The position numbers and the translations under genes are program-made. DNA of 64,000 nucleotides from Alphaproteobacteria bacterium (lineage in GTDB: Bacteria > Pseudomonadota > Alphaproteobacteria > Bin95), in contig OZ219785.1 in NCBI GenBank assembly GCA_964291285.2, positions 224,001 to 288,000 on the forward strand, read 5' to 3'. This document shows positions 1-8,957 of this stretch, in pieces (within the stretch, counting starts at the first letter, position 1; every line of letters starts with the position of its first letter). The notes beneath the pieces were generated by a model. The model was not told the origin of the DNA and made no database searches. It saw nothing but the letters and a program-made list of their open reading frames with translations.

Positions 1-252
1 GACAAGACCGCCTCCAATATCCGCCAGGTGGCGGCGCGCGGCGGACGGGTGATCCTGGTGAGCGATGCGGCCGGCATCGAGGCGATGGGCGGCGATGCCG
101 AAGCCGCGGTCCGCATGCCCGAGGTCGATCCCTTCGTCGCGCCGATCCTCTACGCGGTCCCGGTCCAGCTTCTCGCCTACCACACGGCGGTGGCGAAGGG
201 CACGGATGTGGACCAGCCCCGAAACCTCGCCAAGGCGGTCACCGTCGAATAG
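1..252 (+). CDS. glmS: Glutamine--fructose-6-phosphate aminotransferase, C-terminal part (5' end outside the window)
   Basis: Frame is open from base 1 (DKTASNIRQVAARGG...) and ends in the GlmS signature QLLAYHTAVAKGTDVDQPRNLAKAVTVE. Confidence 0.95.
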   Translation, partial: DKTASNIRQVAARGGRVILVSDAAGIEAMGGDAEAAVRMPEVDPFVAPILYAVPVQLLAYHTAVAKGTDVDQPRNLAKAVTVE

Positions 253-1765
253 CGGTCCTGCCGATCAGCAGGCAGACGGGCAGCATCGGCAGGATGCAGA
301 ACACCGCCATGGCGATGAAGCCGTCCTGGAAGCCCAGCATGTTCGCCTGCGCGGTCACCATGTGGCCCAGATAGTCGAGCGCCGCCTGCTCGCGCACGCC
401 GTCGGGCAGGCCGGCGCGGCCGAGCAGCCCGCCCACCCGGCCGAGCAGCTCGCGCGTGGCGTCATTGGCCGCCGTTTGCGTCGCTGCGAAGGCGTCGCTG
501 TGGTGGCCGATGCGCCGTTCCAGCACAACGACCAGGATGTTGATGCCGCAGGACCCTCCCAGCATCAGCAGCAGGTTCACCACGCCCGCGCCGCTGTCGA
601 GCTGCCGGGGCTCCAGAGCAGCGAGCGCGGTGTTGTTGATGGCGGGCGTGACGAAGGCGACGCCGATCCGGTTCACCAGCAGGTAGCCGGCAATGGTCCA
701 GAAGGCGGTGTCGCTGTCGGCGCCTGCCATCATCACCGCGCTCGCCATCGCCGCCGCCATGCCGCCGAAGACGATCAGCGGGGCCGGGTAACGGTCGGAG
801 AGCCGGCCCGCAAGCGGCAGCAGCAACGAAGCGACAATGCAGCCGGGCAGCAGCAGCGAACCCGCCTCGGTCGCCGTCATGCCCGGCACGATCTGGCCGA
901 AGACGGGGAAGATATAGACCGTGCCGAAGGAGGCGAAGGCGAACACGAAGCTGGTCGTCCCGGCCGCGGCGAAGCGCAGGTTCCGGAAGAGGCTGAGGTC
1001 CAGCAGGCTGGCGTTCGCCCGGCATTGCGAGAGCACGAAGCCCACGGCGGCGATGAGGAACCCGCCCCAGATCGCCAGCATGTAGTCCGAGAACCAGCCC
1101 TCGCGCTGGCCGGAGGCAATGCCGGTGGTGAGCAGGAAGATGGCGGCGGCGACGAGCGCGAAGCCGAGCGCGTCGAAGGCCTCGGGCGGTGCGCGCTGCT
1201 CGCGTTCGGGGATGAAGATGAAGCCCAGCAGGAAGGCGAGCGCCGCGGCGGGAAGCGGCACGAGGAAGATATAGCGCCATTCCAGCAGGTCGATGGCGAG
1301 GCCGCCGATCGCGGGTCCGAGGCCGAGCGCGAACACCACGCCCATGCTGAACAGGCCCATGGCGAGGCCGCGCCTGTCGGGCGGGAAGACCTGGAACAGC
1401 ACTACCATGACCAGCGGCTGCACGATGCCGGAGGAGAGGCCCTGCACGATCCGCCCGAACACGATCAGGCTGAAATTCGGCGCCCACCAGCAGATCATGC
1501 TGCCGACGCCGAACAGGACGAGCGAGAGCGCGAAGGCATTCCGCTGGCCGATGCGCGCCACCAGCCAGCGGTTGAGCAGCAGGCTCGCCGTATTGGTGGC
1601 GAGGAAGGCGGTGGCGAGGAACTGCGCCCGGTCCTGCCCGATCCCGTATGCGCCCATGACATGGGGGATCGCGACATTCGCCATGGTGCTGGAGAACACC
1701 ATGGTGAAGAACGCCAGCAGCCCCGTCGCGGTGACGAGCCAGATATAGAGCGGGCTGCGGTCCAA
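239..1765 (-). CDS. DHA2 (EmrB/QacA) family MFS efflux transporter
   Basis: 508 aa with many hydrophobic segments; motifs STMANVAIP, GRIVQG, GPAIGG, WRYIF; TTG start uncertain. Confidence 0.85.
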   Translation of the reverse strand: MDRSPLYIWLVTATGLLAFFTMVFSSTMANVAIPHVMGAYGIGQDRAQFLATAFLATNTASLLLNRWLVARIGQRNAFALSLVLFGVGSMICWWAPNFSLIVFGRIVQGLSSGIVQPLVMVVLFQVFPPDRRGLAMGLFSMGVVFALGLGPAIGGLAIDLLEWRYIFLVPLPAAALAFLLGFIFIPEREQRAPPEAFDALGFALVAAAIFLLTTGIASGQREGWFSDYMLAIWGGFLIAAVGFVLSQCRANASLLDLSLFRNLRFAAAGTTSFVFAFASFGTVYIFPVFGQIVPGMTATEAGSLLLPGCIVASLLLPLAGRLSDRYPAPLIVFGGMAAAMASAVMMAGADSDTAFWTIAGYLLVNRIGVAFVTPAINNTALAALEPRQLDSGAGVVNLLLMLGGSCGINILVVVLERRIGHHSDAFAATQTAANDATRELLGRVGGLLGRAGLPDGVREQAALDYLGHMVTAQANMLGFQDGFIAMAVFCILPMLPVCLLIGRTAIRR

Positions 1766-1918
1766 GAGGCGCTCCTGCCGGAAGCCGGAGGAAGGGGATA
1801 ATAGGCCGCCCGAAGCCGGTGGAAAGGCCGGACCGGCAGCCCTGCATCGTGATAGTCTCGCTGCTTCCGGTCATGGTCCCTGTCCGGCCTGGACGGGACC
1901 CAAGCAGGGAGGACGGCG

Positions 1919-3445
1919 ATGCTGGTGACACTCGGCGAGATGCCGGCCAGGGCCGTGGCGGCGTTCGGCGACAGGCCGGCGGTGATCTTCGAGGACGTGC
2001 CCTACAGCTTCGAGGCGCTGGACCGGCGGGCCAACCGTTTCGCCAATGCGCTCGTGGCCGCCGGCATCGAGCCCGGCGACCGGGTGACGCTCTGCGCGCC
2101 GAATTCCTTCGACTGGATGGCGGCCTATTACGGCACGGCGAAGGCGGGCGCCGTGCTCAACCCCGTCACCGCCATGCTGACCGCAGGCGAGATCGGCTAT
2201 ATCGCCGGTAATTGCGGCGCGAAGCTGCTGCTGGCGGGGCCGGGCAAGGGCGAGGCCCTGTTCGAGGCGCTGGCGGGGACGGCCGTGGAACGGGTCGTGT
2301 TCGCGGCGGACGAGGCGCCGGAAGGGGCGGAGACCTACGAGGCGTTCATCGCCAACATGCCGGACGAGTTCGAGCCGCGTCCGCGCGGCCTCGATGAGCT
2401 CGGCGCCATCGGCTACACCTCGGGCACGACCGGCCATCCGAAGGGGGCGATGATGTCGGGCCGCGCCATCGCGGTCGGGACGGCGGGGACGGCGCTGATG
2501 CACGGCCGGACGGCGGCCGACACGACCGTCAGCGCGCTGCCGCTCTCGCATGTTTACGGCATGGTGGTGATGAATTGCGGCCTGCTCTGCGGCGCGACGA
2601 TGGTGCTGCTGGAACGGTTCGAGGCCGAAGCCATGCTGCGCTCGGTCGAACGCTACCGCGCGACCATGCTGGAGGCGGTGCCGACCGGTTTCATGTACAT
2701 GCTGGCCGACCCCGCCATGGGCAGATACGACCTGTCCAGCCTGGAGCGGATGACGACCGGCGGGCAGACCATTCCGCCGGCGACCGCCGCCGAGGTCGAG
2801 GAGAAGTTCGGCGCGACCCTGCTGGAGCTCTGGGGCATGACGGAACTGGCCGGCCCCGGCACGACCCATGCCGCGGCCTGCGAGCGCCGGCTCGGCTCCA
2901 TCGGCGTCGCGATACCCTATGTGGAGGCGCGCATCGGCTCCCTGGAGGACGGCAGGCAGACCGCGCCGGCGGGCGAGCCGGGCGAGCTGCTGATCCGCGG
3001 TCCCATCGTGCCCATGGGCTATTACGGCAACGAGGCGGCGACGAAGGAAGCCTTCGACGAGGACGGCTGGTTCCGCACCGGCGATGTCGCCACCCGGGAC
3101 GAGGACGGGTTCCTCTGGGTCGTGGACCGCAAGAAGGACATGATCAACACCGCCGGCTTCAACGTCTATCCGGCGGAGCTGGAGCGGGTGTTGGCGGCTC
3201 ACCCGGATGTGTCGATGGCCGCCGTCGGCGGCGTGCCGGACCGCGAGAAGGGCGAGCTTGCCAAGGCCTATATCGTGCCCCGGCCCGGCGCCGAACCGAC
3301 GGCGGACAGCATCGTGGCCCACTGCCGCAAGCACCTCGCCCCCTACAAGGTGCCGCGGCAAATCCAGTTCGTCCCGGACCTCCCGGTCAACTCCACCGGC
3401 AAGATCCTGCGCCGCGAGTTGCACACCATTGACGACGGCGGCTGA
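1919..3445 (+). CDS. AMP-binding acyl-CoA synthetase (long-chain fatty acid--CoA ligase-like)
   Basis: YTSGTTGHPKG, WGMTE, GWFRTGD, DRKKDMI and STGKILR adenylation motifs; GGAGG RBS. Confidence 0.92.
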   Translation: MLVTLGEMPARAVAAFGDRPAVIFEDVPYSFEALDRRANRFANALVAAGIEPGDRVTLCAPNSFDWMAAYYGTAKAGAVLNPVTAMLTAGEIGYIAGNCGAKLLLAGPGKGEALFEALAGTAVERVVFAADEAPEGAETYEAFIANMPDEFEPRPRGLDELGAIGYTSGTTGHPKGAMMSGRAIAVGTAGTALMHGRTAADTTVSALPLSHVYGMVVMNCGLLCGATMVLLERFEAEAMLRSVERYRATMLEAVPTGFMYMLADPAMGRYDLSSLERMTTGGQTIPPATAAEVEEKFGATLLELWGMTELAGPGTTHAAACERRLGSIGVAIPYVEARIGSLEDGRQTAPAGEPGELLIRGPIVPMGYYGNEAATKEAFDEDGWFRTGDVATRDEDGFLWVVDRKKDMINTAGFNVYPAELERVLAAHPDVSMAAVGGVPDREKGELAKAYIVPRPGAEPTADSIVAHCRKHLAPYKVPRQIQFVPDLPVNSTGKILRRELHTIDDGG

Positions 3446-3542
3446 TCCGCCGGCGGCCATTGCCCTTCCCGTGCCTCGCGGCCTTCGCCGGCCCGGTCAA
3501 GGCAGGCCCGCAAACCCCTTGCCACCGCCCTTGCGCCCCCTT

Positions 3543-3567
3543 CGTCGCCCCCGCGAAGGCAGGGACC
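3543..3567. repeat. REP-like short palindrome (CGTC-type)
   Basis: cgtcgcccccgcgaaggcagggacc, an imperfect hairpin downstream of a stop codon. Confidence 0.3.
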
Positions 3568-4055
3568 GCAGCGATGAAGAGGTGCGACATATTGTTCATG
3601 AAATTAAGGTAATATTTCTCTGTTTTGGGTCTGAAGCAGGAAAATCCGTGATATGATGGGTCCGGGGTAAGCGGCATCCGGAGCCGCTTCCCGCCCGCGC
3701 CGGCCCGGTGCGGAACGACCCCGATTCAGCCGACAGGCGAAGTGCGTCCTGTGCCTGCCTCGCGCGCGGGCAATCAGGCGCGCGAACCGCGCCGGCGCAA
3801 TGGCGCGCCCGCGCCGACGCAGGCGCGCGCAGGATACGCGCGGATAAGGGTCGCTCCCTGCCGGGACGGCATGGCCGTCGAACCGAAGCGGAATGAAGGA
3901 GCCGCCATGCCCATCATCGACCCGACCGTCGCCCTCTCCTCACGACAGGAAGCCTTCTGCCGCCACTACACAGCCTCAACCGGCTGCAGAGGGCCTGCCC
4001 CTTCAATGCGCCCCGGCAGCCGGACGGGCCCGGAGACGCGGAGTTCGCACCCGGC

Positions 4056-4084
4056 CATGACAAAACATGACATTCCATGACATC
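4056..4084 (+). repeat. Three CATGACA units at 10-bp period
   Basis: catgacaaaa catgacattc catgacatc. Confidence 0.85.
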
Positions 4085-4254
4085 CACGGTGGAGTGGGCG
4101 GTCCCGCCGCCTCGCGCGGGCGGGCGCGCACGCACGGGCAGGCGCGCATTATGCGCGGGCGAGGGACGCTCCTCCGGCAACGGGGGCGTCCGGGACCACG
4201 GACCGACCAAGGAGGCTGCAATGCCTTGCGAACGACCGGGGCGGAGACCGGCCC

Positions 4255-4284
4255 CATGACAAAACATGACATCCCATGACATAT
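4255..4284 (+). repeat. Three CATGACA units at 10-bp period
   Basis: catgacaaaa catgacatcc catgacatat. Confidence 0.85.
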
Positions 4285-4433
4285 CGCCAGGGGCCGCCGC
4301 CATTCCTCTCCTCTCCCGCCTGCAGGAGGAGAGGCCGGTGGGAGCCGCGCGGCACGGGCGGCCCTCCCTTGCCCGCTGGGGCGGTTGCTGCGAGAGTCCC
4401 GCCTGGGTCAGGCAATCGGGGGAGACGGAGGGC

Positions 4434-5102
4434 ATGGAACTCGACGAGGCGATGCGGACGACCTTCGCCTGCCGGGACTTCACGGAAGACCCGGTGTCGG
4501 ACGAGACGATCTACCGGCTGCTGGATGCGGCCCGGTTCGCGCCGAGCGGCGGCAACCGCCAGGGCAACCGGGTGATCGTGGTCCGCGACCCGGCGACGAA
4601 AGCCCGGCTGGCGGCGCTGGCAGAGCCGGCGGCGAAGCGCTACGCGGCGCAGGTCAAGCGCGGCGAGAGCCCGTGGAACACGGTGCATCCCTCCGCGGTG
4701 ACGGACGAGGAGGCTGCCGCCACCCGCCCGCCGTCGCGCCTGACCGAGCCGTTCCGGGAAGCGCCGGCGGTGCTGGTCTTCATCGTCGATCTCGGCGCCG
4801 TCGCCTCGATGGACCGCTACCTGGACCGGGTCGGCGTGATTTCCGGCGCGTCGATCTACCCCTTCGTCTGGAACACGCTGCTGGCCGCCCGCCAGGCCGG
4901 GCTCGGCGGCACCATCACCACGCTCGCCGTTGCCGAGGAGCCGGAGGTCAGGCGCCTGCTCGGCATCCCGGATGAATTCGCCGTGGCGGCCGTCGTGCCG
5001 CTCGGCAGGCCGGTCCGCCAGCTGACGAAGCTCCGCCGCCGGAGCGTCGCCGAGATCGCAACCCGCGAGCGCTTCGGCGGCGAGCCGCTGGCGGACGGCT
5101 AG
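4434..5102 (+). CDS. Nitroreductase family protein
   Basis: MELDEAMRTTFACRDF...ARFAPSGGNRQ...LLAARQAGLG; start placed at the ATG after GGAGG. Confidence 0.88.
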   Translation: MELDEAMRTTFACRDFTEDPVSDETIYRLLDAARFAPSGGNRQGNRVIVVRDPATKARLAALAEPAAKRYAAQVKRGESPWNTVHPSAVTDEEAAATRPPSRLTEPFREAPAVLVFIVDLGAVASMDRYLDRVGVISGASIYPFVWNTLLAARQAGLGGTITTLAVAEEPEVRRLLGIPDEFAVAAVVPLGRPVRQLTKLRRRSVAEIATRERFGGEPLADG

Positions 5103-5112
5103 GGAGGGGCCG

Positions 5113-6432
5113 GTGGCGCGCGGCGGGAAGATGCACTTGGCCCAGTTCCTGACCCACGGGCCCACCTACCACAGCCTCGCCATGTGGCGTCACCCGAAGA
5201 CCGACCCCTCATGGGACTGGGCGCGCCCGGGCCTCTACGAGCATATTGCGCGCACCTGCGAGCGCGGCCTGTTCGACATGGTGTTCTTCGCCGACCTCAA
5301 TTACATCTCGGACACCTACCAGGGCTCGCTGGAGCCGGCGCTGCGCTACGCCGTGCAGGCGCCCGAGCACGACCCGGTGCCGCTGCTCGGCTGGCTCGGC
5401 GCGGTGACGGAGCGCATCGGCGTCGCGGCGACCTTCTCGGTCTCCAACCAGCATCCCTTCTACGCCGCGCGCCTCTGGGCCACGCTCGACCACATGACCT
5501 CCGGCCGGGCCGGCTGGAACGTGGTGACTTCCATCAACAGCAACCAGGCCGCCAATTACGGCGTCGAGCGCGAGGCGACGGAGCGCCGCTACGAGCGCGC
5601 ACACGAATATATGCAGGTCTGCCGGAAGCTCTGGAACAGCTGGGACGAGGACGCCGTGCTGCTCGACCGCGAGGGCGCGCGCTTCGCCGACGCCTCGAAG
5701 GTGCATCGGATCGAGCATGAGGGCGAGTTCTTCCGCTCGCGCGGGCCGCTCAACGTGGTGCGCTCGCCGCAGAACGGCCCGGCGATCCTCCAGGCCGGCA
5801 CCTCGCCCGGCGGTCGCGACTTCGCCGCGCGCTACGCCGACGCCGTGTTCGCCATCCAGCCGCGGGCGGAGGACGCCGGGGCCTATCTCGCCGACATCAA
5901 GGAGCGCATGGCGGCTTTCGGCCGGCCGCCCGAAGCCTGCCGCATCCTGTTCGGCATGCAGCCCATCCTCGGCGAGACGGAGTCGGAGGCGCGCGAGAAG
6001 CAGGAGGAGCACAACGGGCTGGTGCCGGTCGAGGGCGGCAAGGCCATCCTCTCCGCCCATCTCAACATGGACCTCGCCGGGATCGGCGACGACGACACCA
6101 TGCTGGAGCGCCCGGAGCCGGAGCTGGTGCGGATGCGCACGCGCTTCCGCAAGAAGGACGGCACGCCCATGACGCTCGCGGAGGTCGCGCGCCGCCACGG
6201 CCAGAGCGTGAGCCTGCCGCAATTCGTCGGCACGCCGGAGAGCGTCGCGGACCAGATGGAGGCGTTCTTCGACAAGGCCGGCGGCGACGGCTTCATGCTC
6301 TCGTCGATCTACAGCCCCGGCGCGATCGAGGAGTTCGTGGACCATGTGGTGCCGATCCTCCAGCGCCGCGGCCGCTTCCGCACCGAATACAAGGGCCGCA
6401 CGCAGCGCGAGCTTCTGGCGCAGGAAGACTGA
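5113..6432 (+). CDS. NtaA/DmoA/SnaA family FMN-dependent monooxygenase
   Basis: ERGLFDMVFFAD, TLDHMTSGRAGWNVVTS, LQAGTSPGGRDFAARYAD, FVDHVVPILQRRG motifs. Confidence 0.9.
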   Translation: MARGGKMHLAQFLTHGPTYHSLAMWRHPKTDPSWDWARPGLYEHIARTCERGLFDMVFFADLNYISDTYQGSLEPALRYAVQAPEHDPVPLLGWLGAVTERIGVAATFSVSNQHPFYAARLWATLDHMTSGRAGWNVVTSINSNQAANYGVEREATERRYERAHEYMQVCRKLWNSWDEDAVLLDREGARFADASKVHRIEHEGEFFRSRGPLNVVRSPQNGPAILQAGTSPGGRDFAARYADAVFAIQPRAEDAGAYLADIKERMAAFGRPPEACRILFGMQPILGETESEAREKQEEHNGLVPVEGGKAILSAHLNMDLAGIGDDDTMLERPEPELVRMRTRFRKKDGTPMTLAEVARRHGQSVSLPQFVGTPESVADQMEAFFDKAGGDGFMLSSIYSPGAIEEFVDHVVPILQRRGRFRTEYKGRTQRELLAQED

Positions 6433-6445
6433 GCCGGCCCGGTCC

Positions 6446-6898
6446 ATGCCCTTCGTCGAAGCTGAGGACCTGCCGGCGTCGGGGCGGCTCATGGCGCTGG
6501 ATGTGGGGGACCGGACGGTCGGGCTGGCGGTCTCGGACCCGGACCGGCGCGTCGCCTCCCCGGCGGGAACCGTACGCCGCGCGAAGCGGTTTGCGGACAC
6601 GGCCGCGATGCTGCTGGCGGCCCTGGACGAACGGGGTGCGGCGGCGCTTGTCGTCGGCCTGCCGCTCGACCTCGACGGGCGCGAGGGGCGGCGCGCGCGG
6701 CAGGTCCGCCAGTTCGCCCTCAACCTGATGGGACACCGCGACCTGGCCGTGCTGATGTGGGACGAGCGCTTCTCCACCAACGCGGTCGAGCGCGCCATGC
6801 TCGCGGACGACGCGAGCCGCCGCCGCCGCCGCGCCGCCAAGGACACGCTCGCCGCCGTCTATATCCTCCAGGGCTTCCTCGACTCGCTGCCCGGGTGA
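6446..6898 (+). CDS. ruvX: RuvX/YqgF family nuclease (pre-16S rRNA processing)
   Basis: LMALDVGDRTVGLAVSD, VVGLP, WDERFST, D..AAVYILQGFLD. Confidence 0.92.
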   Translation: MPFVEAEDLPASGRLMALDVGDRTVGLAVSDPDRRVASPAGTVRRAKRFADTAAMLLAALDERGAAALVVGLPLDLDGREGRRARQVRQFALNLMGHRDLAVLMWDERFSTNAVERAMLADDASRRRRRAAKDTLAAVYILQGFLDSLPG

Positions 6899-6908
6899 GA
6901 AATCCGGG

Positions 6909-7673
6909 CTACGGGTCGGAAATCAGCAGGTAGCCGCGATTCTCGACGGTGTCGAAGGTCCGCATGGCGGCGATCAGGTCGGCCGCTTCCACCCAAACCC
7001 AGGGCGCCCGGTTCGGGTTCACGTCCATGATGAGGAAGGAATCGCTGGCCCGGTCATAGGCGGCGAGCGGCGAAATGTGCCCGCCGCCCGTCTGGCCGAG
7101 CGCCTTGCGGGCGTAGTTGACGAGCACATAGTCGTCGCGGGTGGCGAGGTTCCGGGCGAGTTCGTCGATCAGGGGCGCCGCCGCCACGCCGTCCTCCACG
7201 ACCCGCATCGTCACCGACAGCCCGTGCGCGCGGAGCACCTGAGCGAGCTGATGAAGCTGCAGCCCAAAGTCCTTCTTCAACTCCCCCTCGATTTCGATGG
7301 GCTTGCCGAGCACCTCGGCCACGCTCTTCGTGCCGGCGATCAGCACGTTGTTCGGCGTGTATTTGCCGAGGAACGGATCGAAGCCCTCGGGCAGCCATGC
7401 CATGTCCTCGGCGGCGATGGGGCGGCGGTCCTGCGGCAACCCCTCGCGCTTGCCGAGGCGCAGCGCGTTCAGCACGATCGCCGACGAGGCCGGGCCGCAA
7501 TAGATCCTGTTGTCCTGACTGACGAAATGATTGCTGAGGGGGAAGAAGTCCGCCTTATGCGCGGATCTTGAGAAGCGCGCCGCGCTCTCCTCCGAGGTCC
7601 ACTCGACCAGCGGGGCGGCCGCCGCCGGCGCCGCAAGCAGGACGGCAAGCGCCGAAACAATCCAGAGGCGCAT
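6909..7673 (-). CDS. Phytochelatin synthase family protein with signal peptide
   Basis: Catalytic-type motifs QDNRIYCGPAS (Cys), QTGGGHISPLAAYD (His), LIMDVN (Asp), NRGY; N-terminal signal-like MRLWIVSALAVLLAAPAAA. Confidence 0.85.
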   Translation of the reverse strand: MRLWIVSALAVLLAAPAAAAPLVEWTSEESAARFSRSAHKADFFPLSNHFVSQDNRIYCGPASSAIVLNALRLGKREGLPQDRRPIAAEDMAWLPEGFDPFLGKYTPNNVLIAGTKSVAEVLGKPIEIEGELKKDFGLQLHQLAQVLRAHGLSVTMRVVEDGVAAAPLIDELARNLATRDDYVLVNYARKALGQTGGGHISPLAAYDRASDSFLIMDVNPNRAPWVWVEAADLIAAMRTFDTVENRGYLLISDP

Positions 7674-7715
7674 CGTTCGAAATCCCCGTCCGGTTTCTGA
7701 CAAGGCGGCTTCGCC

Positions 7716-8183
7716 TTACGGGTTCTGGTCCCAGTCGGGGTCGTCGCTGGGGGACATGGGCGTTTCGGTGGCGAGCAGGCCCTTGCCGGGGACATAGTTG
7801 ACCTCCAGCCGGATGCCGTCCGGGTCCTCGAAGACGAAATAGTAGTAGCCGGGCGCGAAATCGGCCTCCAGCGGGCCGCGGTCGATCATGCCGCCGAGCG
7901 CGCGCACCTTGGCCGCCGCCGCATCCACATCCTCGCGCGAGCGCGCCCGGAAGCAGAGATGGTGCAGGCCCACCCGGTTCTGCACGAAGCGTTCCTCTTC
8001 GTATTCCGGGGCCGGGCGCTGGATGCCGAGCGCGGTCCGCCCGCCCACGTGATAGACGAAATTGTTGCCGTCATAGACCTTCTGCAGGCCAAGGAAGGGC
8101 AGGAGGCCGCAGTAGAATTCGCGCGCCTCCTCGAACCGGCTGACGGTCAGGATGACATGCGCCATGCCGTTGATCTCGATCAT
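7716..8183 (-). CDS. VOC (glyoxalase/bleomycin resistance) family protein
   Basis: GMAHVILTVS, GLHHLCFRARSREDVD, FEDPDGIRLEV; ATGA overlap with the upstream gene. Confidence 0.88.
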   Translation of the reverse strand: MIEINGMAHVILTVSRFEEAREFYCGLLPFLGLQKVYDGNNFVYHVGGRTALGIQRPAPEYEEERFVQNRVGLHHLCFRARSREDVDAAAAKVRALGGMIDRGPLEADFAPGYYYFVFEDPDGIRLEVNYVPGKGLLATETPMSPSDDPDWDQNP

Positions 8184-8881
8184 CGGGCTGCTCCGGGATT
8201 GGGATGGGCGTAGAGATTCTTGCGGGCCTCTTCGTCCCACTGGCCGGTGGGCTTGCCGAACTCGCGCCCCACCTCGTAGCCGCGCCGGAGCGCCGGGCGC
8301 TGCTGGAGGCCCTTGTACCAGCGCTTCACATTGGGGAAGCTGTCGAGATCGACCTCCTGGCGCTTGTAGGTGATGACCCAGGGCCAGCACGCCATGTCGG
8401 CGATGGAATAGTCGCCGGCGATGAACTCGCGCCCCTCCAGCCGCCGGTCGAGCACGCCGTAGAGGCGCAGCATCTCGTTGGTGTAGCGCTCGACGGCGTA
8501 GGGCAGCGTTTCCGGTGCGTAGAAGCGGAAATGGCCGGACTGCCCCAGCATCGGTCCGAGTCCGCCCATCTGCCACATCACCCACTCGATCACTTCCATG
8601 CGCCCGCGCAGGTCGGAGGGCAGGAACTTTCCGGTCTTCTCCGCGAGGTAGAGCAGGATCGCCCCGCTCTCGAACACCGAGACCGGCGCGCCGCCGCCCG
8701 GCGGGTCGTGGTCCACGATGGCGGGCATGCGGTTGTTGGGGCTGATCTTCAGGAAGTCCGGCTCGAACTGGCCGCCGCGGCCGATATTCACCGGCACGAT
8801 GCGGTAGTCGAGCTCCATCTCCTCCAGCGCGATGGAGATTTTCCAGCCGTTCGGGGTCGGCCAGTAATAGACGTCGATCAT
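8180..8881 (-). CDS. Glutathione S-transferase, YfcG/YghU-like
   Basis: YYWPTPNGWKISI, ISPNNRMPAI, FESGAILLYLAEKTG, YSIADMA. Confidence 0.92.
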   Translation of the reverse strand: MIDVYYWPTPNGWKISIALEEMELDYRIVPVNIGRGGQFEPDFLKISPNNRMPAIVDHDPPGGGAPVSVFESGAILLYLAEKTGKFLPSDLRGRMEVIEWVMWQMGGLGPMLGQSGHFRFYAPETLPYAVERYTNEMLRLYGVLDRRLEGREFIAGDYSIADMACWPWVITYKRQEVDLDSFPNVKRWYKGLQQRPALRRGYEVGREFGKPTGQWDEEARKNLYAHPNPGAAR

Positions 8882-8957
8882 GGCAAGGGCGCTCCGCCAG
8901 CGGTCCGCCACTATAGCGCGAGGCTTCGGCGCCCCGCCATGACGGCAGCGCCCCTGT

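Larger units (their letters stand above)
3590..4350 (+). repeat. Dispersed non-coding module, copy A (homologous to 33670-33955 + 35970-36074 + 37201-37445)
   Basis: Shared AT-rich tract, hairpin aagcggc-N7-gccgctt (3669-3689 vs 33760-33780), block ccccgattc.gccgacaggcga.gtgcg...gggcaatcaggcgcgcgaaccgcgccg (3719-3794 vs 33813-33900), and CATGACA arrays. Confidence 0.7.

Noticed and set aside
230-300. attTn7 site downstream of glmS
   Set aside because: The MFS gene overlaps the glmS stop; no Tn7 end or tns genes are visible
65-1801. Long antisense and alternate-frame ORFs (e.g. 65-1801, 1871-3460, 9533-11326, 31642-33672, 37573-39702, 55221-57035)
   Set aside because: Shadow ORFs of high-GC genes: they overlap well-supported CDSs and have no family motifs
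4056-4284. CATGACA arrays as CRISPR repeats or PHO boxes
   Set aside because: No 25-45-nt repeat/spacer structure and no cas genes; the period is 10 bp rather than the 11 bp of PHO boxes
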